From: Nanobdellota archaeon
GTDB taxonomy: Archaea > Nanobdellota > Nanobdellia > Pacearchaeales > GW2011-AR1
DNA: 53,316 nucleotides
Direction of reading: 5' to 3'
Assembly (NCBI GenBank): GCA_038045445.1
Contig: JBBSYC010000010.1
Span: forward strand, 1 to 53,316
Below are positions 17,365 to 28,600 of the stretch, in pieces; position 1 is the stretch's first letter; every line of letters begins with the position of its first letter. The position numbers and the translations under genes are program-made. Below the pieces are notes generated by a model that saw only the letters and a list, made by a program, of their open reading frames with translations, was not told the DNA's origin and did no database searches.

Positions 17365-18540
17365 TTATGAATATATTTGAAATAATTGATCAAAAAAATC
17401 ATACCCGTTTGCAATAATTTTATTCTTTACTTTAATTGATTCAAACAACTCTTTATGCTTCTTTTCCATTTCTCTTTTATACTTTGCTTCAATAATAGTA
17501 TCTTTTATGATAAAATCAATTTCTATTCCATCTCTTTTAATATATCTCGGATTCTTATCTTTAATTTTTAAAAACACAAGATTTTCATAAATAGAACCTA
17601 TATCTCTAAAGCCCACAGTCACATTTTTTATACCGACATCTGAACAGTATATTTTTTTATTATCTTTGACCCTTTCGTTTAAACTTTTTGAGTCTTTCTC
17701 AATAATATAAAACAGATAAGAGTCTATAAAATAAAAGATGTAATCTCTAACACTATCCTTATTGATACCCAATACATTAGCAATTTTATTATATGAAACT
17801 TGTTTTCCAACCCTTTCACATAATAATTTAAATAAATCCTTTATTACAGAATGATTCTTTAAGTTATAGAATGCTATAATATCTTTGTATATTATACTGT
17901 CAACTAAATTTGTGATATAATTTGGGTCTTTTGTCAAAACATATTCAGGCATTCCACCATATTCTAAATACTCCTCAAAATATTTCTCAAGAAGATACCT
18001 TTCAGATTTTTTAACAGAATAATTCTTGAATAAAAGAAACTCTTCAAAATCAAGAGGTTCGATTTCTATTGTTCTGGTTCTGCCTGTCAAAAAAGCTTTT
18101 TTATCTCTCAATAAAGAGGCAGATGATGAACTTGCAAAAATCTTTACATTTTCAATATCATATAGATTTTTTAATTCCTGATTAAAATCTTCTTTATATA
18201 CTACTTCATCAAAAAATAAATATATTCTTTCGTCTATTCCAATACTGTGTATTTTTCTAAATTCTTTTACTACATCATGAATGCTATTATCCTTGAGCAA
18301 GTAAGCATCAAGAGATATATACATTATTCTTTTAGGATTGATGCCTTTCTCATTTATTAATTTAAAAATAAATTGTTTTAAAAGAGTGCTTTTCCCAACT
18401 CTTCTAAGGCCAGTAACAAATATAACCTCTTTATTCATTAGATTTTTATCAAAAACTTTCAAGTACTTATTTCGCTTTATTCCTTCTTCCTTAAGAAACC
18501 CTTCCCACCAAGGGTTCATTTCAAACATTAATTCTTTCAT
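17365..18540 (-). CDS. AAA+ ATPase (AAA_14 plus DUF4143 type)
   Basis: NPWW, GLRRVGKST, FFDEV, LTGR, YGGMP, K.Y..D.G, EIDF...EAK motifs. Confidence 0.9.
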   Translation of the reverse strand: MKELMFEMNPWWEGFLKEEGIKRNKYLKVFDKNLMNKEVIFVTGLRRVGKSTLLKQFIFKLINEKGINPKRIMYISLDAYLLKDNSIHDVVKEFRKIHSIGIDERIYLFFDEVVYKEDFNQELKNLYDIENVKIFASSSSASLLRDKKAFLTGRTRTIEIEPLDFEEFLLFKNYSVKKSERYLLEKYFEEYLEYGGMPEYVLTKDPNYITNLVDSIIYKDIIAFYNLKNHSVIKDLFKLLCERVGKQVSYNKIANVLGINKDSVRDYIFYFIDSYLFYIIEKDSKSLNERVKDNKKIYCSDVGIKNVTVGFRDIGSIYENLVFLKIKDKNPRYIKRDGIEIDFIIKDTIIEAKYKREMEKKHKELFESIKVKNKIIANGYDFFDQLFQIYS

Positions 18541-18572
18541 ATAATTACATATTAATCGTATTTATAAATGTT

Positions 18573-18628
18573 GCTACTGCCAATCTCCAACTTTCCTAAA
18601 GCTTAGCTACTGACAATAGCCAACTTTT
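18573..18628. repeat. Imperfect 23-bp direct repeat, 33-bp period, upstream of the AAA gene
   Basis: GCTACTGCCAATCTCCAACTTTC (18573) versus GCTACTGACAATAGCCAACTTTT (18606). Confidence 0.65.
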
Positions 18629-18736
18629 CAAGAATAAAAACCAATAAACAAAAAAATCAAATCTATAAATCAAATAAAACAACTAAGTGATTGATACATT
18701 TTATATGAATAAACAATAATCTTTAACTGTAAAGCC

Positions 18737-19138
18737 TCAATAACCTATTACTTCAATTCCTTCAATTCTTGAGAAATGCTCCTTATTCCTGCTTATTATA
18801 CGAGAAAATCCATTTCTTTTCATTATAGCACTTATAAAAATATCAGCTTGCTCAATTATTTTTGCGCTTTTAGATAGAGAAGAATGAATAACAGATGCCT
18901 CTTCCCCACGCCAATTATCAAAAGGCAAAATGTCAAGAGTATTAAAAAAATCTTTTGATTTAGTTAATTCAGTCTCATCAATAACCTTTTTTAAGTAAAC
19001 TCCCAAAAGCACTTCAAATACATTTATTTCTGTTGTAAAGAAAGAATCTTTTTCTTTATATTTATTAATTACCTCAACAGCTTCTTTTCTACCATTCAAG
19101 AAATCTATAATAACCGTTGAATCAAGGCAAATTCCCAT
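18737..19138 (-). CDS. vapC: PIN-domain toxin
   Basis: LDSTVIIDFL, E...G, D..I.A, SRN..HF.RI.G motifs. Confidence 0.9.
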   Translation of the reverse strand: MGICLDSTVIIDFLNGRKEAVEVINKYKEKDSFFTTEINVFEVLLGVYLKKVIDETELTKSKDFFNTLDILPFDNWRGEEASVIHSSLSKSAKIIEQADIFISAIMKRNGFSRIISRNKEHFSRIEGIEVIGY

Positions 19139-19379
19139 GAAGCCTCTTAATTCTATTTGACCATTCAATTGTAGATTTTTTTCTCATTTCACTTATATCT
19201 TTCTTCATTTCACCAATTCTCTCGTCACTTATATTTTTCCAAGCTCCCGCAAATTCCATAATATCTCTCTTCTCTTTAACAGTTCTCCTAAGCAGGTCTG
19301 AGAAACTTTCGTTAACTTTTTTTCTAGCAAGAAGCATTCTATATACATCTTCCATTATTGAGATATTCTTTACAACCAT
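19122..19379 (-). CDS. vapB: Archaeal VapB-type antitoxin
   Basis: KNISI.EDVY..L...K..NESFSDLL.R, FAGAW; overlaps the PIN gene. Confidence 0.85.
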   Translation of the reverse strand: MVVKNISIMEDVYRMLLARKKVNESFSDLLRRTVKEKRDIMEFAGAWKNISDERIGEMKKDISEMRKKSTIEWSNRIKRLHGNLP

Positions 19380-19399
19380 GTGTACACATAAACATATGT
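19378..19399. promoter_or_regulatory. Putative VapBC autorepression operator
   Basis: Perfect palindrome ATGTGTACACAT (19378-19389) over the antitoxin start, plus ACATATGT (19392-19399). Confidence 0.55.
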
Positions 19400-19447
19400 A
19401 AATGTTTCCATCTCCATTAAGACTTTTGTTCATTCCTAATGAATAAT

Positions 19448-20806
19448 TCAAATCTTCCTAACAACCTGTCCTTCTGAAGTATCCTCGACACTAAAACCAA
19501 GCTCAACAAGTTCATCTCTTAACTTATCAGATAAATTCCAATCTCTATTTTTACGAGCAACCTCTCTCTTCTTAACAAGCTCATTAACTCCCTTAGGAAT
19601 TTTGACTTTCTTTTCATTCATTTCCTTAATTCCCAAACCTAAAACATTATCAAACTTAACAAGAGTCTTCAATCTAACCTTACTATTAACATCTGTATCA
19701 TCAAGTAAACTCCAAAAAACCTCAAGGGCTTGAGGCATATTCACGTCATCATTAATAGCATCAAAAAACAGTTTCTCATAATCTGAAACTCCAGCATTTC
19801 CATTACTATTTTCATTTCTCAAATTAATAACCTTACGTTCAATTCTAGCCAATGCGTTTTTACTTGCTTCAAGAGAATCAAAAGAAAATTCTAAAGGCTT
19901 TCTATAGTGTGTCTGCAAACACAAGTAACGATAACATAACGGTTCAAATCCCTTATCTCTCAAATCAGTTATTGTATAAATATTCCCAAGAGACTTAGAC
20001 ATCTTTCCTTCTTTCAAGTTCAACATTCCACCATGAATCCAGTAATTAACAAATTTCTTTCCATTACATCCCTCACTTTGAGCTATTTCATTAGCATGAT
20101 GGGGGAATATCAAATCCATACCACCTGTATGAATATCAAAACTATCTCCCAAGGCTTTTGTACTCATAGCAGAACATTCGATGTGCCACCCTGGCCTACC
20201 CTTACCAATAGGGGTGTTCCAATAAACTTCACCATCATCATTAGAATAAAATTTCCACAATGCAAAATCTTGCGGATTTGTTTTATCATATTCGTCACTT
20301 CTTACTCTTTCCTTGACATTAGTTACTCTATTAAGACCAGCAATTAACCCATAATCCTTAAATTTTGAGATTGAAAAATAAATCCCGTCATTAGCCTCAT
20401 AAGCATACCCTTTCTTAATTAAATTCTGAATCATTTTAACCATAGAATCTATGTTTTCAGTAGCCCTCAAGAATTTGGTCGGTCTAACTATATTCAGACT
20501 GTCTAAATCTTTCAAGAATATATTTTCATATTTTGAAGTAAGCTTCTTCAAACCAATACCTTCTTTCCTCGTGGCGTTTATTATCTTATCATCCACATCA
20601 GTAAAATTAACAATATGCTTAACCTTATATTTATTATACAAAAGAATTCTCTTAAGAAAATCAGCAAGTAAAGCAGTTCTAAAGTTTCCTATGTGTTGTG
20701 GTGCATAAACAGTAGGACCACAAGAATACATCCCAACATTGTTCTTTTTTATGGGAACAAATTTATCTTTATTTCTAGTTAACGTGTTATAAAGCCTTAA
20801 CCCCAT
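19448..20806 (-). CDS. cysS: Cysteine--tRNA ligase
   Basis: MYSCGPTVY, HIGN, DFALWK, GRPGWHIECSAM, FPHH.NE, KMSKS. Confidence 0.98.
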   Translation of the reverse strand: MGLRLYNTLTRNKDKFVPIKKNNVGMYSCGPTVYAPQHIGNFRTALLADFLKRILLYNKYKVKHIVNFTDVDDKIINATRKEGIGLKKLTSKYENIFLKDLDSLNIVRPTKFLRATENIDSMVKMIQNLIKKGYAYEANDGIYFSISKFKDYGLIAGLNRVTNVKERVRSDEYDKTNPQDFALWKFYSNDDGEVYWNTPIGKGRPGWHIECSAMSTKALGDSFDIHTGGMDLIFPHHANEIAQSEGCNGKKFVNYWIHGGMLNLKEGKMSKSLGNIYTITDLRDKGFEPLCYRYLCLQTHYRKPLEFSFDSLEASKNALARIERKVINLRNENSNGNAGVSDYEKLFFDAINDDVNMPQALEVFWSLLDDTDVNSKVRLKTLVKFDNVLGLGIKEMNEKKVKIPKGVNELVKKREVARKNRDWNLSDKLRDELVELGFSVEDTSEGQVVRKI

Positions 20807-20876
20807 AAAATACATAGAATAAAGGACATTTTAAGGATTTCTAACAACTTTTTAAACTATCTCTCTCTATATTGAT

Positions 20877-22640
20877 ATGTCAAAAGAAGTAAATCCACTA
20901 ACAAATGTCTTCGGAGCAGAATGGCAGCACCTCGGGAAAAGGAAAAGAACATTCACAATATATACAATTTTGTTTTTTATAGCGGGGATAATAAGTCTAA
21001 CACACCCCCTTATACTTGGACTCATATTTAACAAAGTTCAGGACCAAATAACCTCACAAGCAGAATTAAGAAATCTGATTTATACAATTTCTTTATTACT
21101 TGTAGTTAATATTGCATTCTGGCTATTTCATGGAACTGCAAGAATCTTAGAGCAAAAGACTGGATTTTTTGCTAACAGAAACTATGTAAACTCTAAAATT
21201 GAGAAAATATTAGATCTTCCAATAAAATGGCACAAAGACCATCATTCTGGGAGCACAATAGATAAAATAAACAAGGGAAGTTATGCAATCAATGCATTTT
21301 CAAGAGATACCACCTTTGATATATACTATGCAATAACAAGCCTATTTGGTTCTGTAATAATTTTATTATTCTTCGATTTAACTGCAGCGCTGTTGGCATT
21401 AGCATTCTCATTTTTAACTTTATATTTCATCTATAAAATGGATTTAAGACTAAACAAACAATATAAAGAGATAAATAAATACAGCAACAAAACTTCTGCA
21501 AAGATATTTGACTATCTAAGCAATGTAATCACGGTAATAACTCTTCGCCTTAAACCAACAGTCAAGAAAGAAATAGACAACAGAATCATGGCAAGTTATA
21601 ATGTGGAGAAAAAAAGTATATTTCTCAATGAGATAAAATGGGCTATCTCTAGTATAGCAATATCTGTGATGACTGTGATAGTTTTAGGGTTAAAGGCCTA
21701 CACAGACTATAATGCGGAAGGTCTAATAAGAATAGGTACTTTATACATTTTATATGGTTATTTAGAACAAGTAGGTCAGACATTTTATAGGTTCGCATCT
21801 TTGTATGGTAATGTGGTAAGATACAGTTCTCAAATAGAAAATGCAAAACCAATCGACCAAGCATTTGAAAATATTCAAGCAGAAACTTCTGAAAGAGTAC
21901 CTCATAATTGGAATGAACTTAATATAAAGGAAGTTCTATTCAACCACAACTCAAAATCTCAAAAACCCCACCTAGAAAATATAAATGTTAATATAAAAAG
22001 AGGGCAAAAAATAGCATTTGTAGGCAAGTCAGGTTCTGGAAAGAGCACAATGTTAGCTCTTCTCAGAGGACTTATAAAACCTGAATATGGTAAAGTATTT
22101 GTAAATAAAGAATTAATAGAAAACGGCTTCGAGAGAATAAAGCATCTAATAACTTTAATCCCTCAAGACCCTGAAATATTCAACAATACATTAGAGTATA
22201 ACATAACTATGGGTTTGCCAACAGATAAAGTAGACCTAAACAAAGCAATAACAATATCTCAATTCAAGACAGTAATAAGTCGTCTGCCAAAGGGTCTACA
22301 AACAAATGTCTTAGAGAAAGGAGTCTCATTAAGTGGAGGAGAAAAACAGCGTCTGGCCTTAGCAAGAGGTCTACTAGCGGCAAAAAACAGCGAAATAGTC
22401 TTGATGGACGAACCGACAAGCAGTGTAGATACAATAAACGAAATAAAAATTTATGAAAACATATTAAAAGAATTCAAAAACAAAACAATAATCTCATCAT
22501 TACATAAATTACACTTGTTAAAGATGTTTGACTACATTTATATCTTTGAAAAAGGAAAAATAATTGCTCATGGAACACTTTCTGAACTAAAGAACAAGCC
22601 ATTCTTTGCCCAAATCTTGGAAAAATATAATTCCAAATAG
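20877..22640 (+). CDS. ABC exporter, fused permease/ATPase
   Basis: N-terminal TM domain; GKSGSGKST, LSGGEKQR, MDEPTS. Confidence 0.93.
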   Translation: MSKEVNPLTNVFGAEWQHLGKRKRTFTIYTILFFIAGIISLTHPLILGLIFNKVQDQITSQAELRNLIYTISLLLVVNIAFWLFHGTARILEQKTGFFANRNYVNSKIEKILDLPIKWHKDHHSGSTIDKINKGSYAINAFSRDTTFDIYYAITSLFGSVIILLFFDLTAALLALAFSFLTLYFIYKMDLRLNKQYKEINKYSNKTSAKIFDYLSNVITVITLRLKPTVKKEIDNRIMASYNVEKKSIFLNEIKWAISSIAISVMTVIVLGLKAYTDYNAEGLIRIGTLYILYGYLEQVGQTFYRFASLYGNVVRYSSQIENAKPIDQAFENIQAETSERVPHNWNELNIKEVLFNHNSKSQKPHLENINVNIKRGQKIAFVGKSGSGKSTMLALLRGLIKPEYGKVFVNKELIENGFERIKHLITLIPQDPEIFNNTLEYNITMGLPTDKVDLNKAITISQFKTVISRLPKGLQTNVLEKGVSLSGGEKQRLALARGLLAAKNSEIVLMDEPTSSVDTINEIKIYENILKEFKNKTIISSLHKLHLLKMFDYIYIFEKGKIIAHGTLSELKNKPFFAQILEKYNSK

Positions 22641-22643
22641 CTA

Positions 22644-23579
22644 TCAGTAAAGGCTTCTCAATAAATTATTAACATCTCCAATATTCTTAGTCTTCATCAA
22701 TTCAGCACGAGCATTAGAAGCCCCGCCAAAGCCCTTCAAGAAATTGCTTCCAATATATTTCACACGAGACATTTCAAGAACATCATGCTTTTCAGCTAAC
22801 TTAACATAATCCGAAAAACCACTAAGCTTTTCTTCTTTAGTAATCTCTTTTTCTTTTCCAGTCTTTAAATATCTTAATATTTCACGAAAAACGAAAGGGT
22901 TTCCAATAGAAGCGCTAGCAACCATTGCCCCATCACAAATATCAAGCATCTTTTCAGCAGTAGAACCATTAATAACTCCCCCATTTCCAACAACAGGAAT
23001 ACCAATTTCTTTTTTCACTTTAGAAATCCAACTCCAGTCAGGAGAATCAGAATATTTTTGTTGAGCGGTTCTTGCGTGAATAGTCAATAAGTCAGCACAA
23101 GCTTTTTCAATAATTTTAGAAACCTGCATTACATTATTATTTTTATATCCCAATCTAATTTTAGCAGTTACAATCTTCCCAGAATCCTTCAATATTCTAA
23201 TCATATTTCCTATCTTTTCGGGGTCGTTAAGTAAATAACTTCCAGCTTCATTTCCAACAATCCTTGAAGAAGGACACCCACAATTAATATCTATTAAATC
23301 ATAGTTCTCTAGCTGTTTAAGTTTAGAAAGTTTAGTAAATTCTGTCAAGCTATCCCCAGTAACTTGCAGTCCAAGAGGTCTATCAAGTTTGCCCCCAATA
23401 GTCATCAATTTTTTAGTTCTTTCATTCTCATGAAGTATCGCATCAACATAAATCATCTCGGTATAAGCCATAGAAGCCCCTTGTTCACGGCACAACAAAC
23501 GATAAGCACAATCAGTAACATCCACCATAGGCGCAAGAAAAAGCCCATTTTTCAATTTTATATTTCCAATTTTTAACAT
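22644..23579 (-). CDS. dus: tRNA-dihydrouridine synthase
   Basis: LAPM, DINCGCP, KIRLG, IHART, PVVGNG motifs. Confidence 0.93.
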   Translation of the reverse strand: MLKIGNIKLKNGLFLAPMVDVTDCAYRLLCREQGASMAYTEMIYVDAILHENERTKKLMTIGGKLDRPLGLQVTGDSLTEFTKLSKLKQLENYDLIDINCGCPSSRIVGNEAGSYLLNDPEKIGNMIRILKDSGKIVTAKIRLGYKNNNVMQVSKIIEKACADLLTIHARTAQQKYSDSPDWSWISKVKKEIGIPVVGNGGVINGSTAEKMLDICDGAMVASASIGNPFVFREILRYLKTGKEKEITKEEKLSGFSDYVKLAEKHDVLEMSRVKYIGSNFLKGFGGASNARAELMKTKNIGDVNNLLRSLY

Positions 23580-23619
23580 AAAACCTAAAGATAATTCTTG
23601 TTTTTAATATCTCCTAAAA

Positions 23620-24297
23620 CTAATCATATTTCAATACCAAAATATAATCAAGATATATACTTGATGGATTCCATTCAGGATTAACTATCTTGACAAACTT
23701 TAAATTTGTCCCCTTGCAATTAATTATCTTCTTATCTTTTCCAATTATACTGTCAACATTACCACAGAAGACCCATTCATCTGGAAGATTGTCATAATTG
23801 TTATCCTCTCCAACTAATACTTGAAGAGCAAGATAATCTCTTTCGTAATTAATAGGAGTTACTGTAATTTGTATTGTTCCAGTATAGCTTGAAAGAGTGC
23901 CGTTGTGTTGTTTAAAAGCAAATTGCATATCTGCCCTAGGAGGCATCTCACATTCATCAATCAGACCATTAGAGTTCCACCAATTATCAACATAACTTGA
24001 AGCAAGATAAGGAGCGTCTGCGCAATATTTTTTATCTGTTCCATGCTTAAGTAATAATCTGTTTACGGGAACATCCTCACACAACCCTTGATTATTACAG
24101 ACATTAAATGTATAACTGCTTGGTTCTATAATTTTATCAATAGATATATATTTACATTCACCTCCATCATCACACACCTCATATTCATATTTAGGGTTAC
24201 CAAAATAATATTTAGTATTAAAATTATAAATTAATAAGAAAGCTACAACAACTAAAATTGCAAAAGTCAAAAAATACCTAAGCTTTAATTTAATCAT
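23620..24297 (-). CDS. Membrane-anchored hypothetical extracellular protein
   Basis: N-terminal TM; two short VC....G.C repeats. Confidence 0.65.
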   Translation of the reverse strand: MIKLKLRYFLTFAILVVVAFLLIYNFNTKYYFGNPKYEYEVCDDGGECKYISIDKIIEPSSYTFNVCNNQGLCEDVPVNRLLLKHGTDKKYCADAPYLASSYVDNWWNSNGLIDECEMPPRADMQFAFKQHNGTLSSYTGTIQITVTPINYERDYLALQVLVGEDNNYDNLPDEWVFCGNVDSIIGKDKKIINCKGTNLKFVKIVNPEWNPSSIYLDYILVLKYD

Positions 24298-24355
24298 ATT
24301 TTATTAAAACTATAAAAACACAAATCCTTAAATATATATCCAAATCAATAAGAAC

Positions 24356-24691
24356 ATGGAAAAAGATATAGATAAAATACCGAAAAACCCCGATACAGAC
24401 ATAGTGATAAGAGTAGATGACTTCGGAGGAAAAGCAGGGCTTACAATTAGAGAATTCGTTCGTTCAGAAAGATACAATGGATTCACAAAAGCCGGAACAA
24501 GAATCCCGGCAGAACATTTCAAGAAATTTAAGGCAGCAATAAACTCAATAAATGAAGCAGATTTCGTTGTTTCAGAAAAAGCTCAAGAAGAAGCAAAGAA
24601 ATATCAGGAATCAAAATCCCAAAAATCAGAAGAAAAATCAAAACCAACAAAGAAAGCTAAGGAAGAAAACTACGAAGAAATGGAAATGTAA
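24356..24691 (+). CDS. PC4/p15-like single-stranded DNA-binding protein
   Basis: F.GK....IREF........TK.G..I pattern with a charged tail. Confidence 0.7.
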   Translation: MEKDIDKIPKNPDTDIVIRVDDFGGKAGLTIREFVRSERYNGFTKAGTRIPAEHFKKFKAAINSINEADFVVSEKAQEEAKKYQESKSQKSEEKSKPTKKAKEENYEEMEM

Positions 24692-24964
24692 TTAGCATCT
24701 ATTCTTATCTTCCCTTAAATCAACCCAATCTTCACCAAATATAACAAAGCCACTAATTGCTCTTAAACGGACTATTTCTCCATCATTGCAAGTAAACTCA
24801 AAATCTCTACAAACATTCCCATCACAAACCGCAGAAGTATACTTTCTTTCATAATCGCGAGAAATAGTAAAAGAAAAAACTAGCAAAATCAAACTCAAAA
24901 AGATAACAATCAGCAAACCACAAATCAAAACAACAGATGCCCTCATAAAGTCTAATAATCTCAA
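24692..24964 (-). CDS. Small anchored Cys-containing protein
   Basis: N-terminal TM, then TSAVC.GN.C.D....C. Confidence 0.6.
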   Translation of the reverse strand: MRLLDFMRASVVLICGLLIVIFLSLILLVFSFTISRDYERKYTSAVCDGNVCRDFEFTCNDGEIVRLRAISGFVIFGEDWVDLREDKNRC

Positions 24965-25044
24965 TAATATAAAAGCAAGATTATGCTAAAATATACAATC
25001 CCCCAATGTTGGGCATTAGAATCATATCAGGAAACCATATATCT

Positions 25045-25584
25045 TCAAAGTAAACTTTCTATTCCTGCAACATATTCGGGGGAATTAATATTGTGAGATG
25101 CTCCCTCTATTATATGAAATTTCGCCCCTAATTTTCGAGCAAACTATTGTGCGAATCTAGAGTACATTTTTTCTTCAGAACCAGCTACAAAAGTTAGGGA
25201 TTGTATGATTTTAGGGTCAAGATCCATTTTGTCAACCTCTTCCCAATCTAACAAAACACCTGCGCTTCGGGTTAACAAATCAAACACCTTTCTTTTACCC
25301 TTCTCTGTTAAGTCAGGAGTTGAGCAACAAACTTTTCTTGCTAAAGAATCCGCAACAAGACCGACATTTCCACCATAACTAAACCCTAAAATAATATCTC
25401 CTTCCAAAGAATCATCTAATTGTCCCCTTCCCTCTTCAATATAAGCTCTAAGAGAATTTCTCATCCAATCTATTCTTACATGTTTTATTTCAAAATCCCT
25501 TCTATTAAGCATTTCCAATAACAAATCATATTCTTCAGACCTTTGTCCGCATCCAGGAATGAGATATATTCTAGATTTTTTCAT
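25045..25584 (-). pseudogene. Alpha/beta-hydrolase interrupted by one in-frame TAG at 25144-25146
   Basis: LIPG, nucleophile elbow GFSYGG, VAGSEE; after the TAG the same frame reads FARKLGAKFHIIEGASHNINSPEYVAGIESLL* to TGA 25045-25047. Confidence 0.7.
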
Positions 25585-25644
25585 ATTCTCTTTGTTTTTA
25601 ACCCCTTTAAAAACCTTTTTAACCTACTCCAAACAACATTCAAT

Positions 25645-28600
25645 ATGACAACCGAACAAAAAATACGCCAACCAATCATAACAGTAGCAGGTCATGTGGA
25701 CCACGGAAAATGTGTAGCTGGAGATACACTCCTAACGCTTAGTACTGGAGAAATAAAAAAGGCAAAAGATATATTTAACGAGCATTTTGAAGAAAACAAA
25801 GCAAAAAAAATAGATGACGGCGTATTCCAAGACGTTTCAAAAAGCGGAATATTTGTATCTTCATTCAATGGAACTAATATAATAAAGAAAAATATAAGCC
25901 ACATATGGAGAAGAGAATCTCAAAAGTTAGTTGAAATCAAGATTGCCTCTGGAGACACTATTAAGACTACCCCAGAACACCTGTTTCTGGTATTTAATAA
26001 TAAGATATCTGAAAAAAGAGCAGACCAATTATCTGAAAATGATTTTGTAGTTTTTCCAGGGTGTTTAGTAACAGAAGATATGCAGATTAAAGATATAATA
26101 ATCAATAGGCTAAAAAAGTTAGATAATTTTGTCTGTTTTATAAATGAAAAATTTGATTCAGTCTTTGGCAAAATATTAAATGAAAATCGTAAATCTCTCG
26201 AAAAGAAACTATCTATAACTAATTTATCAAACAATATTAGAGAAAGAAAATTTAGGATAAAAGATTTATTTCTAATAGGCTATTATCTTGGAATAGAAGA
26301 CGAAAAGATATATTCAGTTATAGATTCCATAAAAAATTCATCAGATAAATGGAGAGTAGGACACACAAGTAATAAAGTTTTACTCTCAATTGAAAACCCT
26401 GAAGAATTAGGTTATGTATTAGGTTGTGTTGCTGGACACGGACATATAACAAAAACAACAGTTGTATTAAATAATAATGATGAGGATGTTCAAATAGAAT
26501 ATAGAAAATGTCTTAAAAAAATATTTGGTTTAGAGACAAAAATAGAAATGGGGCATACGTGCCAGATTATAAAAGATTCTGGAGGCAGAACATTTGCCAG
26601 AATACTAAGTGAAGTGTTTGATATCCCAGTTGGAAATAAGTCAGGTATAATAAAAGTGCCTGAAATAGCAAAAAAAAATAAAGATGTTTTTAAAGGGTTT
26701 TTTGCCGGGTTATTTGATACAGACGGATACGTCTCAAAAATAAATAACTGCATAGAGATTACTAGTAAAAGCAGTGAAATCATAAAGGAAAGTTCTATAC
26801 TTCTCTTAAATTTTGGTATTCTATCAAGTATATATGTAAAGAACGGTTTTCATAATCTAAGAATATCTAATAAAAAATATTTAAAAGGTTTTTTAGAGAA
26901 TATAACTCCCAGATTGAAAAGAAAAACAGAAAGGATAATAAAAGCTTATGAAAAATCACAGGCAAGTAGAATTTTTGATATAATCCCTATAGATAAAAAA
27001 CAATTTAAAAAACTTAAATTTTCAGGTAAGAAAAATATATTAGTGCCATATTTCAACAAATACCTCAAATCACAAAATATAACTAGAGATTTTGTATTAA
27101 AAGTGTTAGATAAAATAAAAGAAAATAATGAGTTTTCCAACTTTCTAAAAGAGTTGCTATGTAAAGATATTAGAATCGTAAGAGTATTATCTAAAAAAGA
27201 AGTAAAAAATACTGAAAAATATGTTTATGATTTCACAGTTCCAGAAACACATAATTTCATAGCGGAGAGGTTTATTATTCATAATACATCTTTACTGGAC
27301 TGCTTTAGAGACAGTCAAGTGCAAGAGAAAGAAGCCGGGGGGATAACTCAAAAGATTTCATTTACAAAATACCCAATTGACCAAATAAAAAAAACATGTC
27401 CTTTAATAGACAAGGCAAACATAGAGCTCAAGATACCAGGATTTCTCTTCATAGACACTCCAGGACATGCAGCATTCACTAATCTAAGACAAAGGGGTGG
27501 CTCTCTAGCAGATATAGCCATTTTAGTTGTAGACATAAAAGAAGGAATAAAACCTCAAACAGCAGAAGTAATCCAAATCTTAAAGGCAAACAAAACTCCA
27601 TTTGTGGTGGCTTTAAACAAAATTGATAAATTAGGGGGCTGGAAAAAAACAGAATCGATAAAAAATTCTCTTCAAACTCTACCCACACATGCAAAAGAAG
27701 AGTTTGAAATAGCTTTAGGAACTTTTCAAGGTTCATTACAAGCACATGGTTTTGATAGTGACTTATTTTATGAAATATCTGATTTTACAAAGAAAGTTGC
27801 AATAGTTCCATGTTCAGCAAGAACAAGAGAAGGAATCCCAGAGATACTTCTAGTTCTTTGTGGATTATCCCAAAAATTTCTGGCAGACAAATTAATAATA
27901 TCTACCGAAGCAAAGGGAATTCTATTAGAAATAAAGAAACAGAACTCCATGGAAACAGCAGAAGCCATACTTTACGACGGCTCATTAAAAGAAGGAGACA
28001 AAATAGGAGTAGCAACTCTAGATGGAAACTTAATAATAACTAAAATAAGATGTATTGAAGAAGTCTTGCCCCTTAGTTCAAAATTTAAGTCTGTAAGAGA
28101 AGTATTTGCAACTACAGGAATAAGACTTCAATTAATAGACAAAGAAGAAATTCTTTCAGGAATGCCATTTCAAAAAATACAGAATAATGAAAAAGAAATT
28201 AGAGAAAAATTTGCAAAAGAATTCAAAAACACATTAAATATAGATAAGGAAGGAATAATAGCGAAGGCAGATTCTTTAGGAAGTTTGGAAGCTCTTTTAA
28301 CTCTGTTAAGACAATCAAATATACCTGTAGTTAAAGCTTCAATAGGTCACATAAATAAATCTGACTTAGTAGGCGCAAAGGCAAATCTAGAACTAAATCC
28401 ATTAAATGCAATAATTCTAGGATTCAATGTAGAAAAAGAGCCAGACCTTCAAAGTGATAACATAAAGATAATAACTAATCAAGTAGTCTATAAGCTGATA
28501 GAAGATTTAGAAATCTGGAGAAAAAACAAGCAGGAAGAGATAGAGAAAGAAAGGATGATGGAGCTCTCGCAAATATGTAAACTTGAGATACTGCATAAAT

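Noticed and set aside
25144-25146. Genome-wide TAG recoding or pyrrolysine
   Set aside because: Conserved genes end at TAG at their expected lengths, no pyl genes are in the window, and there is only one case.
25543-25644. Upstream TTG or alternative-start extensions in the ORF track (also 13479, 41219, 43287, 19451)
   Set aside because: They overlap neighbours or promoter elements; downstream ATGs fit family N-termini and TATA spacing.
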